A stretch of 64,000 nt of DNA, taken from the NCBI RefSeq assembly GCF_036321535.1, contig NC_087442.1:29822001-29886000 (forward strand), in the 5' to 3' direction. Both the position numbers and the translations under genes were made by a program. The DNA comes from Camelus dromedarius (lineage: Eukaryota). Within the stretch, counting starts at the first letter, position 1. Each line of letters begins with the position of its first letter. The notes beneath the pieces are model-generated. The model ran no database searches. It had not been told where the DNA came from and worked only from the letters and a program-made list of their open reading frames with translations. Of the stretch, positions 24,831-36,156 are shown one piece after another.

Positions 24831-25534
24831 TTGGCACAAATGTTATCATTGTTCACATGGTCATCATGATTTATGAAGACCCTTTAGTTACTGAAAGCTG
24901 ACAGAGCAAAACTTAATGAAATGGTATCATCTCAGTGATGTTATAATTACTCTTTCCCAAGCTTTCCTTCTTTTTCTTTTCCCCTCTAAAGTCACATGTG
25001 TTTTGTAACAAGAGCATAACAGGGCAGGAAGATTTCACACTGTGGAAACTGACTGGGGTATGTTCAAATACGGATTTTTTTCATTTCTTAGCTGGGCTAA
25101 CTCAAACCAATTAATCAACTTATATGAGGTTTTTTTTTCTTTTCTTTTTGAAAAATGAGGAAAATAATAATCTACTTCATATGTTTATTATGAAGACCAA
25201 ATGAAATTTCACATGGAATACACTTAGCAAACTGTCTAGCACATAGAAGGGGCTTTAAGAATCCTCTAAATGATGGAGAGATGTCAATCATTATTTTTAT
25301 ACCATGTAGCAAGTCAGGTTATTCCAATTAGAGAGTAATTTGTTGAAAATATTGTATTTGAAAGAACTACATTTCTCCTGTTCTTTTTCCTTAGCTTCCA
25401 ATAGTTTGATGCATTTTTTATATAAAATTTCCTGATCTTAAAACCTAACATCTTATCTCAAATCTTCCCAAGTATATATAACAGACTCACAATATTTATT
25501 CTTGGTTTTTTAATAAATATTTTATATTTTTTTA

Positions 25535-25731
25535 GCTGGATATGATCTTTAAACTTGGGCCATTTCAGGGAGTTACTCAGTTTTCCTGGCCATCTCCCAT
25601 GTATACAGGGGTTACACATGTTTTTAAATTTTCTATTTGCTTTTCTCCTGTTAATCTGTCCTTTATTACAAGGGAGGGGGTCTAAGCCAAGAATGTAGGA
25701 GGATAGAAGGAAAATTATTTGCCCTCTTGCA
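25535..25731 (+). mobile_element. ERV1 LTR 3' portion (MER34/MER39-like)
   Basis: ttttctcctgttaatctgtcctttatta..gccaagaatgtaggaggatagaaggaaaattattt.. ending in CA. Confidence 0.6.
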
Positions 25732-26149
25732 GTTGGGAGTAATTACAAAAACAAATATTTGTTTTCTATAAGCAGAACATGTAAGAATTCTGAATATAAT
25801 TTTATAAAAACATTTTTGTCTTTTGATTCTATAATACAAAGTTACATTTCAATTTACATTTTAATATACACTTTCCTCAAACACAAATATAATATATGCT
25901 ATTTATATAGTAGCAAACCATACTTTTTCTCACGTCATTAATTCAATAGCATTGAATAGCATTTCAAATGGGAAAAATAAAAGTCTATACCTAATAAATA
26001 TCTAAGATGTACAATAGCATTTACTTAAAATGAATTTTATAATGCAAAAAATATTTCATTATTATTTTAATTATATTTGACATTGAGTGGTTCTGTTTGT
26101 GACTGAATACTGAGAACTGCCTTCTCAAATTAAGGTAAAACATTTTGGA

Positions 26150-26965
26150 ATACACTGGATTCCCTACCCTGTTTTCTCCCTTTCCCTTAAGACTGGAAAA
26201 GTCTGCTTGTCACTATGGGCTTGAAAATGTCCAACTTTGGCTGTCCCAGTCTTTCTTGCAGCTAGGGCATGGGCATGTGATTCAATCCTGTTCAGTGAGC
26301 CACAGGAAAAATTTCTTGGGGATGTCTCAGAAAGTTGCTCCTCCTGATAGTGAACTGGCTGGTCTCAGCTATCTAGACTTCCTTATATCCAAATCCTTTG
26401 CAGTGGAACTTTGTGGTTCTCCTTATCTGGAGGTGGAGTTTTATTTCCTCGCTTCTTGAATTTAAGTGGATCTTGTGACCTACTATTGGCAACAAAATAA
26501 ATCAGAAGTGTTAGTGCACATGTTGAAGCCTAGTCCCAAGAAACCTCGAAAGGTGGGACTTCCAGAATAACAGATTCTAGGTGTAGGATTCTAGGTGGAC
26601 TCTTTCTCCAGCAAAGCAACAATTTAACTGGTGAAATTTTTAAGAAAATAGACAATTATATAAAGTCCCTGGTATTTGTCCTAAGAGCATAAAGCAAATG
26701 AAGAAACATTCATTCAATAAAATCTACTAAATTGGTAAAAACAGAGTCTGTGAAATTGCTGCAACCATTTTGAACTATGAGGGGAAACACTGGCAACACT
26801 GAAGAAATATGAATGGAAATTATAGAGAAGAGATCCTTGACAACATCATTGAATCACTGAACTGGCTACCTCGAGCTGTACTTACTGATTACTTTTTATG
26901 TGAGAAAATAAATTTTCTGTTGTTTAAGAAATTTCAGTCTGAATATTTTATTTTTGCAAACAGAT
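26150..26965 (+). mobile_element. MLT1-type MaLR LTR pieces with an intervening old L1 fragment (~26610-26750)
   Basis: cttgcagctagggcatgggcatgtga; ttgcagtggaactttg..cttgtgacc; gcaaccattttgaactatgagg..gtgagaaaataaa..gtttaag. Confidence 0.55.
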
Positions 26966-27799
26966 ATTTACACGATTATTCTCTGAATAGAACTGATCCA
27001 TGGCAAAATCACGTGAAGTGTAAAGTTTGTGCTTGGTGTGTTCTTTCTAAACTGCTGTCCTTTACTTACCCACTTACCCCCATGTGCCTGCAAAGTGCTT
27101 CATTCGCCAAAGGCTGCTTTTACTAGTTCAGTATGCATACACGTCTGCATGTTCCCACCCTTAATATTTATGACCCATTCAGATGTGAGATGTTGTATAA
27201 GTCTTTGCTAATTCAAACAGGATTACTTGTACTTTAGCTTTGCATCCTGGGTTCTACCAAAATGTGTAGTCAGGTATCATAAGACAAACTCATTAGAGTC
27301 CTTAGATAAACACTGAATGCTGGCTATTTTCAGAAGACGTTTTTATTGACTTACATGGGTACATGCTGGATCCCTCTCCAGAAAAGTCTTAAAGGCTTAC
27401 CATGGCCTGTACAAAAGTGAGTATGTAGTCTGTTATAAGAACCAAGTCGTCTGACTTCAAAATTAGTACCGTCTCCATTGGGTCAGGTGTAGCCTGAATG
27501 TTAGCCACCTGGAGCCTACTTAGACTCTATCCTGGAGGAGAACCATTTTAAAATTCTTGCCTTTGTCATAATTCCTTCAAAATTTATTATTATGTTTTAT
27601 CGTGTTTCTCTTTTCTTTGAAAGAGCAATCACCGTCAAAAGAATATGAATGGCAAAGGATGAATAAATATTTGGTAATCGTGTTTTTATCTTTATTTTTG
27701 GAAAACTTATCAGTCTATTTTTAGTATTTGAAATATAGATGAAAAGAAACCATATACATAAAATAAAACAGGTCCCATGAGAAAGAAACAATGACATAC

Positions 27800-27854
27800 C
27801 AGCTTTTCATTTTTACTTAAGTTTAGCTTTCCTAGATGCTGTTCCAGTTTGCTT
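27800..27854 (-). other. Candidate 55-nt internal exon of an unidentified minus-strand gene
   Basis: cttattatttttttcttatttag|AAGCAAACTGG...GAAAAGCTG|gtatgt; one frame open (SKLEQHLGKLNLSKNEKL). Confidence 0.35.
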
Positions 27855-28189
27855 CTAAATAAGAAAAAAATAATAAGTAAAACTCATGACTATAAGTAGT
27901 ACCAAGCTGAGGACTTGAAAGAAAATAAAGCCTCCTACCAATGTAGCTGGGTAAGTGTGAAAATCCATTTCAATTTGTATTCTTTTCATGGGTTGCTTGT
28001 TCACAGTTGATCACTTCCCCTGTGTTGACTGTTTTTCAGTATCTGGTTTCAGAAAGAGACCAAACTGAAAAAAATACAACAAAAAAAGATGGTAAGTAGG
28101 AATAACGTAAGTGCACTGTTTTAAGCAGGTTTGTGGGTATAGGATAAAATTCTGGAAAACAATTCTTAAAAATATCTTTTAAGGTTAAA

Positions 28190-28720
28190 TTATTGCATAT
28201 GTATAATAATGATCATTATGGAATAATTCTAACAGAAAAAAATTGGACACAACTTAGAAGTTCAGTAATAAGGGACAGGTCATGGTTGAGTTGCCTCATT
28301 GCACAAGTATTTGACCATATAATTGTGCTTCTTGTGCAGGATACAATGCAAATGCAAATTCAAAATATAATGCAAAATGCAATGCAAATGCAAAACTACA
28401 GTGCAGATTCCCCATGGAATTGTACAATACAGCAGCCCTGGAACTACTTTAAAAAATGATGGTATATCCATCTAGACTACTATATAGCCAATAAAATGAT
28501 ATTGTAAAAGACTGATGGCATAAAAAAAAAAAAATCTCGCCACAAAGATTGCAATGCAAATATATATATTGTAATTGTAGTCATGTAATAAATACATAGA
28601 AAGAAGGGAAGAGAATATACTGAAGTATTATTTGTGCAATTATGAGTGATTATAATTCTCTTGATGGTGTAATTCTATATGATTTTAATTGTCTTCTTTA
28701 TAAGCGTCTATATTTTCCAT
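28190..28720 (+). mobile_element. L1ME-like 3' fragment containing an ATGCAA-type tandem array
   Basis: aaaaaattggacacaacttagaagttcagtaataaggg..atgatggtatatccat..actactatatagccaataaaa. Confidence 0.6.
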
Positions 28721-30079
28721 TTTTTGTACACAGAACAAAAGTTACTTTTATGATCAGGAAAAAAAAAAACCCTATTTTAAATTGTATGGTTCGCTGGCAT
28801 AGTACTAAGTAGAAACAAGAAGAAAAATGTGGATTCAATTCCTTTCACTTCTGTCTCTAATCCTGAATGTATGGTGTGTCATTTGGATGACATCTTCATT
28901 ATATTTGATAAACGACATTCTTTCTATTGTTTCCCTTGCTCCTAAAACTGTCTTTCTCAGGAATCATACTTATTTGGTCTCTATTTCATACAATAAGTGC
29001 TCTACTTCCACAAAGCCAAATGCAAAGTTTCTTCAGATATCAGAGTCCCAGCAGAGAAAGTCTCTGCATTCAAGAAGTGTGAAACACACAGGCTTTGAGT
29101 GGCGCCATGTCATCTTCTGAGTGGTCTATTCCAGTAGTTACATCATTGCTCACATCTTGGATGAGAAGGATGAGAAGAGTTCTGTGCTCTTCAACATAAA
29201 CTCCTTTGTTTGCATCTTTCCAAATGTGAGATAAACCTTGAAAATGATTGGCAAAGGTTTTTGAGAGAAATGGTTAATTGGGGAGTCATTGCTTCGTTCT
29301 TTAGTAAGAAAAATTGTTTGTGTGATAAACAAAAATCAAGTGATTCTTTTGATTTTTTTTCGTATCTATGAGAAGCCATCAGGACTTTTTAAAGGAGCAG
29401 TACATTGTTATCTAATCAGGTGCTTTGATTTGGAGAATCAATTCATTGAACTGAAAGAACAGTTCATGAAATTTCTGTAAGAAATCATATTACTTAGGAG
29501 AGTTTAACATTTGTGGCAACTTCCTTCTAATCTTTATGGCTGACCTCACACAAACTATGGAACTATTTAAGATGCATTTCAAAGGAATCAGAGCCACTTA
29601 AAGGCAATATAATGCGAATTTTGAGAACTCAGTATATTTAGCAACACTGAAAATTTGATGTCTCCAGAAAAAAAAATTGGAAAATATGACCAAGAGATTT
29701 CATCTTGTCTACGATAAAGAAGAGAACATTTCTGTTTTTAATTTCCTTTTGAAGCATATGGCTTTAGGCAATCAAATAAATTATTTGCAAAGTCTATATC
29801 TTACTATTTTATTTCATTTAGTCATCATGTTAATGAGTCCAAGTTTCAAATTCATCCCCAAGTGAGCCAATAAATTTACTCTGGGCTGGAACCTACAACT
29901 TCACCCAGATTCAGCCAGACTTCTTGCAAAATTGAGTTCTTCAGACTGGTTGAGAATGGGTGGATAGATCAATGCAATTCTGACCACCTGCTGGAAAACC
30001 TACTCATACCCAATGTTGTGTCAAATGTAGTTCTTTCACAGAAGAACAACAGTTTCTCTGTATAAATACTGCAAAGCCC

Positions 30080-30320
30080 CGCGGTTGAGCATATGGACTT
30101 TCCAGACAGGCTATTTGAGAGTATATCCTCGTTCCAGGCTCACTAGACATTCTACTCTAAGCAAATTACTTAACCCCTCTGCCTCAATTTCTTCATCTGA
30201 GAAGTAGATCGGATAGTAGGATATAATTCATTGGGTACTTGAGAGGGTTAACTCAAGTGACCCATTTAAAGTTCTTAGTGTAGCATCTGGCACTTTAGTA
30301 ACTGCTCAGAAACTGTTACT
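30080..30320 (+). mobile_element. MIR SINE
   Basis: ggttgagcatatggact..gcaaattacttaacccctctgcctcaatttcttcatctg..tctggcactttagtaactgctca. Confidence 0.8.
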
Positions 30321-31532
30321 ACATAAGGTCTCTTATTTTAGAAAGCAGCTTCTCAACCTTCATGATGGTTGTGGAACTCAAAGGATTGTACATATTGTTC
30401 TTGTGACCCTGTTTGGGTTCAATACAAATGGTGATCACTGTGGATTCAATATGGATAGTGTTCTCCGGCAGGCCTGGATCTCCATTCTTCATGGAATGTA
30501 GTCAGTTGGATGTGACCTGCCACCAACTAATTGCCATTTAAATGAATGCAAATGGAAACCTGGACTTCTATCCCACAGCTGAATGAGTCAGGGATTCCAA
30601 CCTAGCAAACTGCCTGTTTATGTAATAAATCATTGAAAGCTCTCTCTGTGTGGCATTTTCCAGTTTTACCTAAAATATGTTGCTGAAGCCAGTGGTACTC
30701 TGAGAGAGAGGGTGTGTGAGAGGAATTTAACCATGAAAAAATCTTATCTTAATCTTTTTCACAGGTATTCTGTGTCTTGACAATCTCAGGAATTTTATTG
30801 GCAGGTTGTCTCGAGCCTTCTGTGGCAGATTGGAATGCACCACTGGATGAGACAAACAGATGGTGTGAATCAGAGATTTTCCACTTTCTACTGAGAGACT
30901 TGAAAAGATGGGGGAAAATTAGAATCACCATTGAAGGAGAGAAAATTTCCAGATTCCTTATCAGTTAAAATCATTACCTAAAGCAAAAGTTGCTCTCCTA
31001 CAAAATTATGTTTTATTTTTAAATAATTTCTTTTCACTTTCTGTAGTGTTCAAATAATTCTCCTAAGGAAAAAAAATGAAAATTATATGGTATAGGGCAC
31101 AGCTGCAGTTTTGTTATATGGGCTATAGCATTTTCCTTTCAGTAATCATTAGATCTATTTTCTAAGTAGTTTGTCTAAGATGTGGTATATTTAACTGGGT
31201 TTACAAACCTCTCTAAACAGCACTGTTGATATAAAGACTTGAAGCCTCCATATAGATTTTGTACAACTATTTGAGTCCCAGAATTTTCAGTCTTTTTCAT
31301 TCTGTGTCATAGAAATAATACATTTGGGGCAAAGGGAAAATACAACATCATACTTAATATTTTATTTAAAGTTTTACTTGCTGAAAATGCAGTGTCATAT
31401 TCAGAATAGGATCTTTCAGGTGCTCCTTTCTTTTTGGTGAGAGGGTATAGTGGGAGGCTAGTTTACAGAGCTAGGTGCAGTTTTGTTCAAGATGAATAAT
31501 TAGTCAAATGGGAACTGATAAATGTTATATTA

Positions 31533-33050
31533 TACAGTAGGTAGAATAATGCCCCCTCAAAGATGTCTACATCCTAATCCCCAGAATCTGTGAATATGTT
31601 ACCATGCACTGCAAAAAGGACTTTACAGATGTGATATATTTTATTCTTTTCAGCTTTTTCGAGGCATAATTGACAAACAAAATTATAATATGTTTAAAGC
31701 GTACAATGTGCTAATTTGATATATGTATACATTATGAAAGGATTCCAACCATGGAGTTAACACATCCATTACTTCACATCCTCACATATTTGTCTTTTTA
31801 GAGGGGGTGAAGACACTTAAGTTCTATCCTTTTAGCAAATTGAAATTGTACAATACAGTATTATCAGCTATAGCCACAATTACATTAGCTACTGATACTT
31901 TATTCATTTTATAACTAGAAGTTTGTAACTTTTTACCAGCCTCTCCCTATTTTCCCCACCTCCAGCTCCTGGTAACCACCATAGCACTCTCTGTTTCTAT
32001 ATGTTCAGCATTTTTTTTTTTTTGATTCCACATATAAGTGATACCATGCAGTATATGCCTGGTTTATTTCACTTAGCATAATGCCCTCCAGATTTATTCA
32101 TGTTACAAATGGCACTATTTCCTTCTTTTTTAGGTTTGAANNNNNNNNNNNNNNNNNNNNNNNNNNNNNNNNNNNNNNNNNNNNNNNNNNNNNNNNNNNN
32201 NNNNNNNNNNNNNNNNNNNNNNNNNNNNNNNNNNNNNNNNNNNNNNNNNNNNNNNNNNNNNNNNNNNNNNNNNNNNNNNNNNNNNNNNNNNNAATGATGC
32301 TGTAATGAACATAGAAGTACAGATATTTCTTGGAGANNNNNNNNNNNNNNNNNNNNNNNNNNNNNNNNNNNNNNNNNNNNNNNNNNNNNNNNNNNNNNNN
32401 NNNNNNNNNNNNNNNNNNNNNNNNNNNNNNNNNNNNNNNNNNNNNNNNNNNNNNNNNNNNNNNNNNNNNNNNNNNNNNNNNNNNNNNNNNNNNNNNNNNN
32501 NNNNNNNNNNTTGCTATCACTTGCCTTTTTTGTTGATAGATATCCTAACGACTGTGAAGGTACAGGTCAGGGGTAGAGCATTTGACTGCAGATGTGATTT
32601 AAATGCACGCAAATGGAAGTTAAATCTTTTGAGTGGTGATTATCCTGGTGAGGCTAATGTAATCACAAGGGTCTTTATAAATAAAAGAGGGAGGTGGGAG
32701 AATCAGAGTCAGACAAAGAAATGTGAAGAGTGGAGGCAGAGGTTGGAGTGATGTGATTGCTCGCTGGGATATAGAAGGGGACTTGAGGATGGAAGGCGGC
32801 CACCAACCACAGAATGCAGCTGGCCTTTAGAGGCTGGAACAGATTACAAAAGGATTCTCCTAGAACCTATAGGAGGAACACAGCCCTGACGGCACTTTAA
32901 TTTTAGCNNNNNNNNNNNNNNNNNNNNNNNNNNNNNNNNNNNNNNNNNNNNNNNNNNNNNNNNNNNNNNNNNNNNNNNNNNNNNNNNNNNNNNNNNNNNN
33001 NNNNNNNNNNNNNNNNNNNNNNNNNNNNNNNNNNNNNNNNACAAACTGCA
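31533..33050 (+). mobile_element. MLT1D-like MaLR LTR split by an L1 insertion
   Basis: 5' part gtaggtagaataatgccccctcaaagatgtctacatcctaatcccc.. (31533-31635) resumes at cagatgtgatt..aatgtaatcacaagggtctttata (32589 onward); includes an N gap. Confidence 0.85.
31636..32561 (-). mobile_element. L1MA-type 3' fragment inserted in MLT1D
   Basis: gctttttcgaggcataattgacaaac..gattccacatataagtgataccatgcagtat..atgccctccagatttattcatgtt; two N gaps inside. Confidence 0.85.
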
Positions 33051-33368
33051 CTTACTGAGAACCCAGAGTTTAGAACTCACTTGCTCTGGTGAATATAGAA
33101 GAAACCTCCAGCACTTATTGCCACTTCAGTGGCTGTCAGTGTTCCCAGACAAATAGGTCTATTCTCTAATCTCCAAGTGTGTCCTCCAAACCTTCCTGCC
33201 CCATTGCTGATGCCCCTAGTGAGCTCACAGTCCTATGGGTATGGCAGGTAAGGACATAAGTAAGCATACAAGACAGTGCGTGATAAGGGCTGTAGGTGAT
33301 ATTAAATGGAAAGAATAGAGCACTTTTTATCAGAAGGACTTGGATTATTTGTATCACTTACTCATTTT

Positions 33369-33499
33369 TTTTAATTCTTTTGTGGTGGGGGAGGGGATTA
33401 GATTTATTTATTTGTTTTCTGAGGAGGTACATGGGGATTGAACCCAGGACCTTGTGAATGCTAAGCATGCACTTTACCACTTGAGCTATATCCTCCCCC
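33369..33499 (-). mobile_element. Camelid tRNA-derived SINE (Vic-1-like), full length with 19-bp TSD
   Basis: Minus strand reads GGGGGAGGATATAGCTCAAGTGGTAAAGTGCATGCTTAGCATTCACAAGGTCCTGGGTTCAATCCCC (A and B boxes). TSD TGTATCACTTACTCATTTT at 33350-33368 and 33500-33518. Confidence 0.92.
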
Positions 33500-33609
33500 T
33501 GTATCACTTACTCATTTTCTGCTATCATTGAATTCCTCATATTAATTTTTACCTTAAAATGTGCAAATTAACTTCTACCTCACAAATTGCTGTGAGTATT
33601 AAATGACAG

Positions 33610-34010
33610 AATTGATTGGTTTACTAATTAATTTAACAAATACGAGCTTAGTGCCTACTATGTGTTGGACACTATTCAGAGTTCTAGGAATATGCTTGTA
33701 AATGAAATGAAGTCCCAGTGTTTGTGGATCCTATATTGTGGTAGGAAAATAGATAGAATAAACAAATAAATGGATAAAGATAATAAAAGCCAGAGAATGA
33801 CTGAAGAGGGGAAGGGGATGGATGCAGAGGGAGAACGTCCCCAGCATCAGTACGCAGTTCCTGATGCTGCACGCCCACCAGGTTTAAGTTCCTGTCACTT
33901 AGAAAAGGATTCCAGTTTGTGAATATTACAAAATTTGATGAGGAGGTTGTGTTTGGATTTTAAAGTTGGAGATTTCAGCAGGAAGAGATGGCAAGGAAAG
34001 GTATTGAAGC
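33610..34010 (-). mobile_element. L2 3' end
   Basis: atttaacaaatacgagcttagtgcctactatgtgttggacactattcagagttctaggaat. Confidence 0.7.
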
Positions 34011-36128
34011 GGAGAGATAAGAATGCACATGGGCACAAAAATCCCAATATGGGTGTTATTTCTGAGAAATGGCATTATTTCTCACACTCACAGACCCCAT
34101 TTCTTACCATGTTTGGGTTTCAGTTTTGAGTAAGGAGCATTAACCTACAGGGCCTTGACCTAAAGCTGGGAAGCATTCTCTCCTCCAGTGATGTGGCTGA
34201 TTGCCTGTGCTGCTTTCTATACTTCAGCCAGCTCTGCAAGGTTGGGCCAACTTGTTGACCCAGGAAACTGGACCACCAGGCAGGCTCCTGGTAATCAAGT
34301 TTTATCTCTATTCCCTCTGTAACTTTCCTTCGTTCTCTCTCTCTTTAAAAAAAAAAAAAAAAAAAAAAATTGGCTGCTGTTTCCAGTAGAATGAATCCCT
34401 CCTTGATTGCCAGAGATATTTCCTAGCTTGTTTTAATAATCTTAATTTGCTAGGTTCGAATTTCCAAGACAAATTCAGTTTGAGGGAAAAGAGGGAGAGG
34501 AGGGGTTAGGGTGTGGGGGCTGAAGGGAAGAGAGGTCAGGAGAGGGCAGGGATGCCTTTGGTTCACCACAGGATGTTCAGACTCTCTCACCAAAGGAAAA
34601 GCAAACAAACAGCAAACTGCCTGTGTGGTGGGCTTAAGCCTTCAGCTGTTTTTGATGGGCAGGGAATTCCTAAATGCTGACTGGATGCCCTACGTGAGTG
34701 TGTACAATAACGGCTCAAATCTTAATTTCTAGTTCTTTGGGATTTTTATTTTCTTAAATAGATTTTTGTTTCCTTGAGGAGAAAGGATCTCTATCCTTCC
34801 TCTTCTCTGTTCAAATTTCCACTGCTTGAGTTTTTTTTTTTTTCCCCCGGAGAGCAAGAAGCTGTCTTCCAGGTTTCTCCCCTCTCGAAGGTTGTGTCTT
34901 TTCCTTTTCCCCCTTAATTTTTTGAAAGAATTATCTAATTGTGTTTCCTCCACTGCCTGACCACTTACTCATTTACAGTCTGGTTCTTCTAGCAATCTAG
35001 TTGCTGCTCTCATCAGTCTACTGAAATTGTTTTTTCACTGTCAAAACCAAACTGCCAATTTTGATGACCCGCTTCTATTTCTTTTCCTTTTTAATCTCTG
35101 CATCATCTGAGTCCTGGTCACCTCTCTTACTCTAGGTTTATTATATTCTTTTGGTTTTTCTTTTTATCTACATATACATTCAGTGAAATTATTTTTTCTT
35201 CTTTCTTCAGCCTCCAAATATAGATTTTTTTGAGACTTCATTTTCAACTTTCTCACCTTTTCTCTCTTTCGGCATTTTTTTCTGTTTCAGTAGCTCTGGT
35301 CTTTCTCTCAAACTGTAGGTCCAAATCCCTGACTACCTGATAGACATTTCCATCCGTGTTCTCTCATCAGCTTCTCAGTTTTAGTACATCAAAGATATGG
35401 TTCATTTTTTAACTCTGATGCCTCCAATCAGATGTCTAAACAAAATTCACATAATTAAATTCATTTCTTTCAGGTAATATAGATGAAAAATGCTGCATGA
35501 AAGTGAGATGTTCAGTTCTTCAATTACTGGTGCTTTTCACTTTAAGTATTTCCCTGGTGATGTTTTAAAGGCAGTTTGGTACACATTTTTTAAGAACAAT
35601 TTTCAAAATGGGATCCAACACACTCTTCTAAAACTGAACATAAGAATTCAAGCATTTGAAACCCATTTCTGAAAGGTCCTTTGGAAGAGCTATTCCATTT
35701 TAATGCATTTGTCATTCTATTATGGAACCTCACCACATCTCTTTACATGCAAAGTTTCTAAGCTCCTCATAGCTGTCTTAGACTGAAAATTATTTCATTT
35801 TGTACTTTTTACAAGTTCTTTTGTGAATATCACAATTCTCTGTACAGCTTGGGGAAGACTATGGTGACACGAGTGTTTTTAAAAATCCCCAATTAACCTT
35901 CCCATCTCATCACCACCTGATACTTTATTGCACAAACACCAAGTTTAGAAATTGTTTTTCTTCCCAAGTCTCCAGCTGCTGCCCTGCCAGCACTGAGCAA
36001 GGTTTGTACAGCTAGTCACAGGCAGGGTTTCCTGTCAATAGCAGAGAGGAAGCAGTGCTTTTGGATGAACCCTCATTGTCCTGGCTGGAACAGTGATCAC
36101 TGGGCAGTGATAAGCTTTTTCAACTTAC

Positions 36129-36156
36129 GCGGTTTGCACGAATCTGACTAACCGTG
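36129..36156 (-). other. Candidate 28-nt microexon of an unidentified minus-strand gene
   Basis: ccccttctttcctcttctccctag|CACGGTTAGTCAGATTCGTGCAAACCGC|gtaagt: 21-nt uninterrupted pyrimidine tract, perfect GTAAGT, CpGs retained; two frames open. Confidence 0.5.

Noticed and set aside
27401-27406. 6-nt microexon-like cag|GCCATG|gtaagc on the minus strand
   Set aside because: Pyrimidine tract is very short and several competing donors lie nearby; indistinguishable from chance.
28040-28091. + strand exon-like unit ending ATG|GTAAGT (and TGG|GTAAGT at 27951)
   Set aside because: A-rich low-complexity body, short acceptor tract and unrecognised peptides; GTAAGT is expected many times by chance in 64 kb of AT-rich DNA.
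29040-29480. Coding-like composition with several 60-100 aa ORFs on both strands
   Set aside because: No frame gives a recognisable protein or transposase/RT motif; probably an ancient repeat relic, but it cannot be assigned without a search.
32081-33080. ORFs containing X runs (also at 11169, 50980, 52171, 61121)
   Set aside because: Artefacts of N gaps lacking stop codons.
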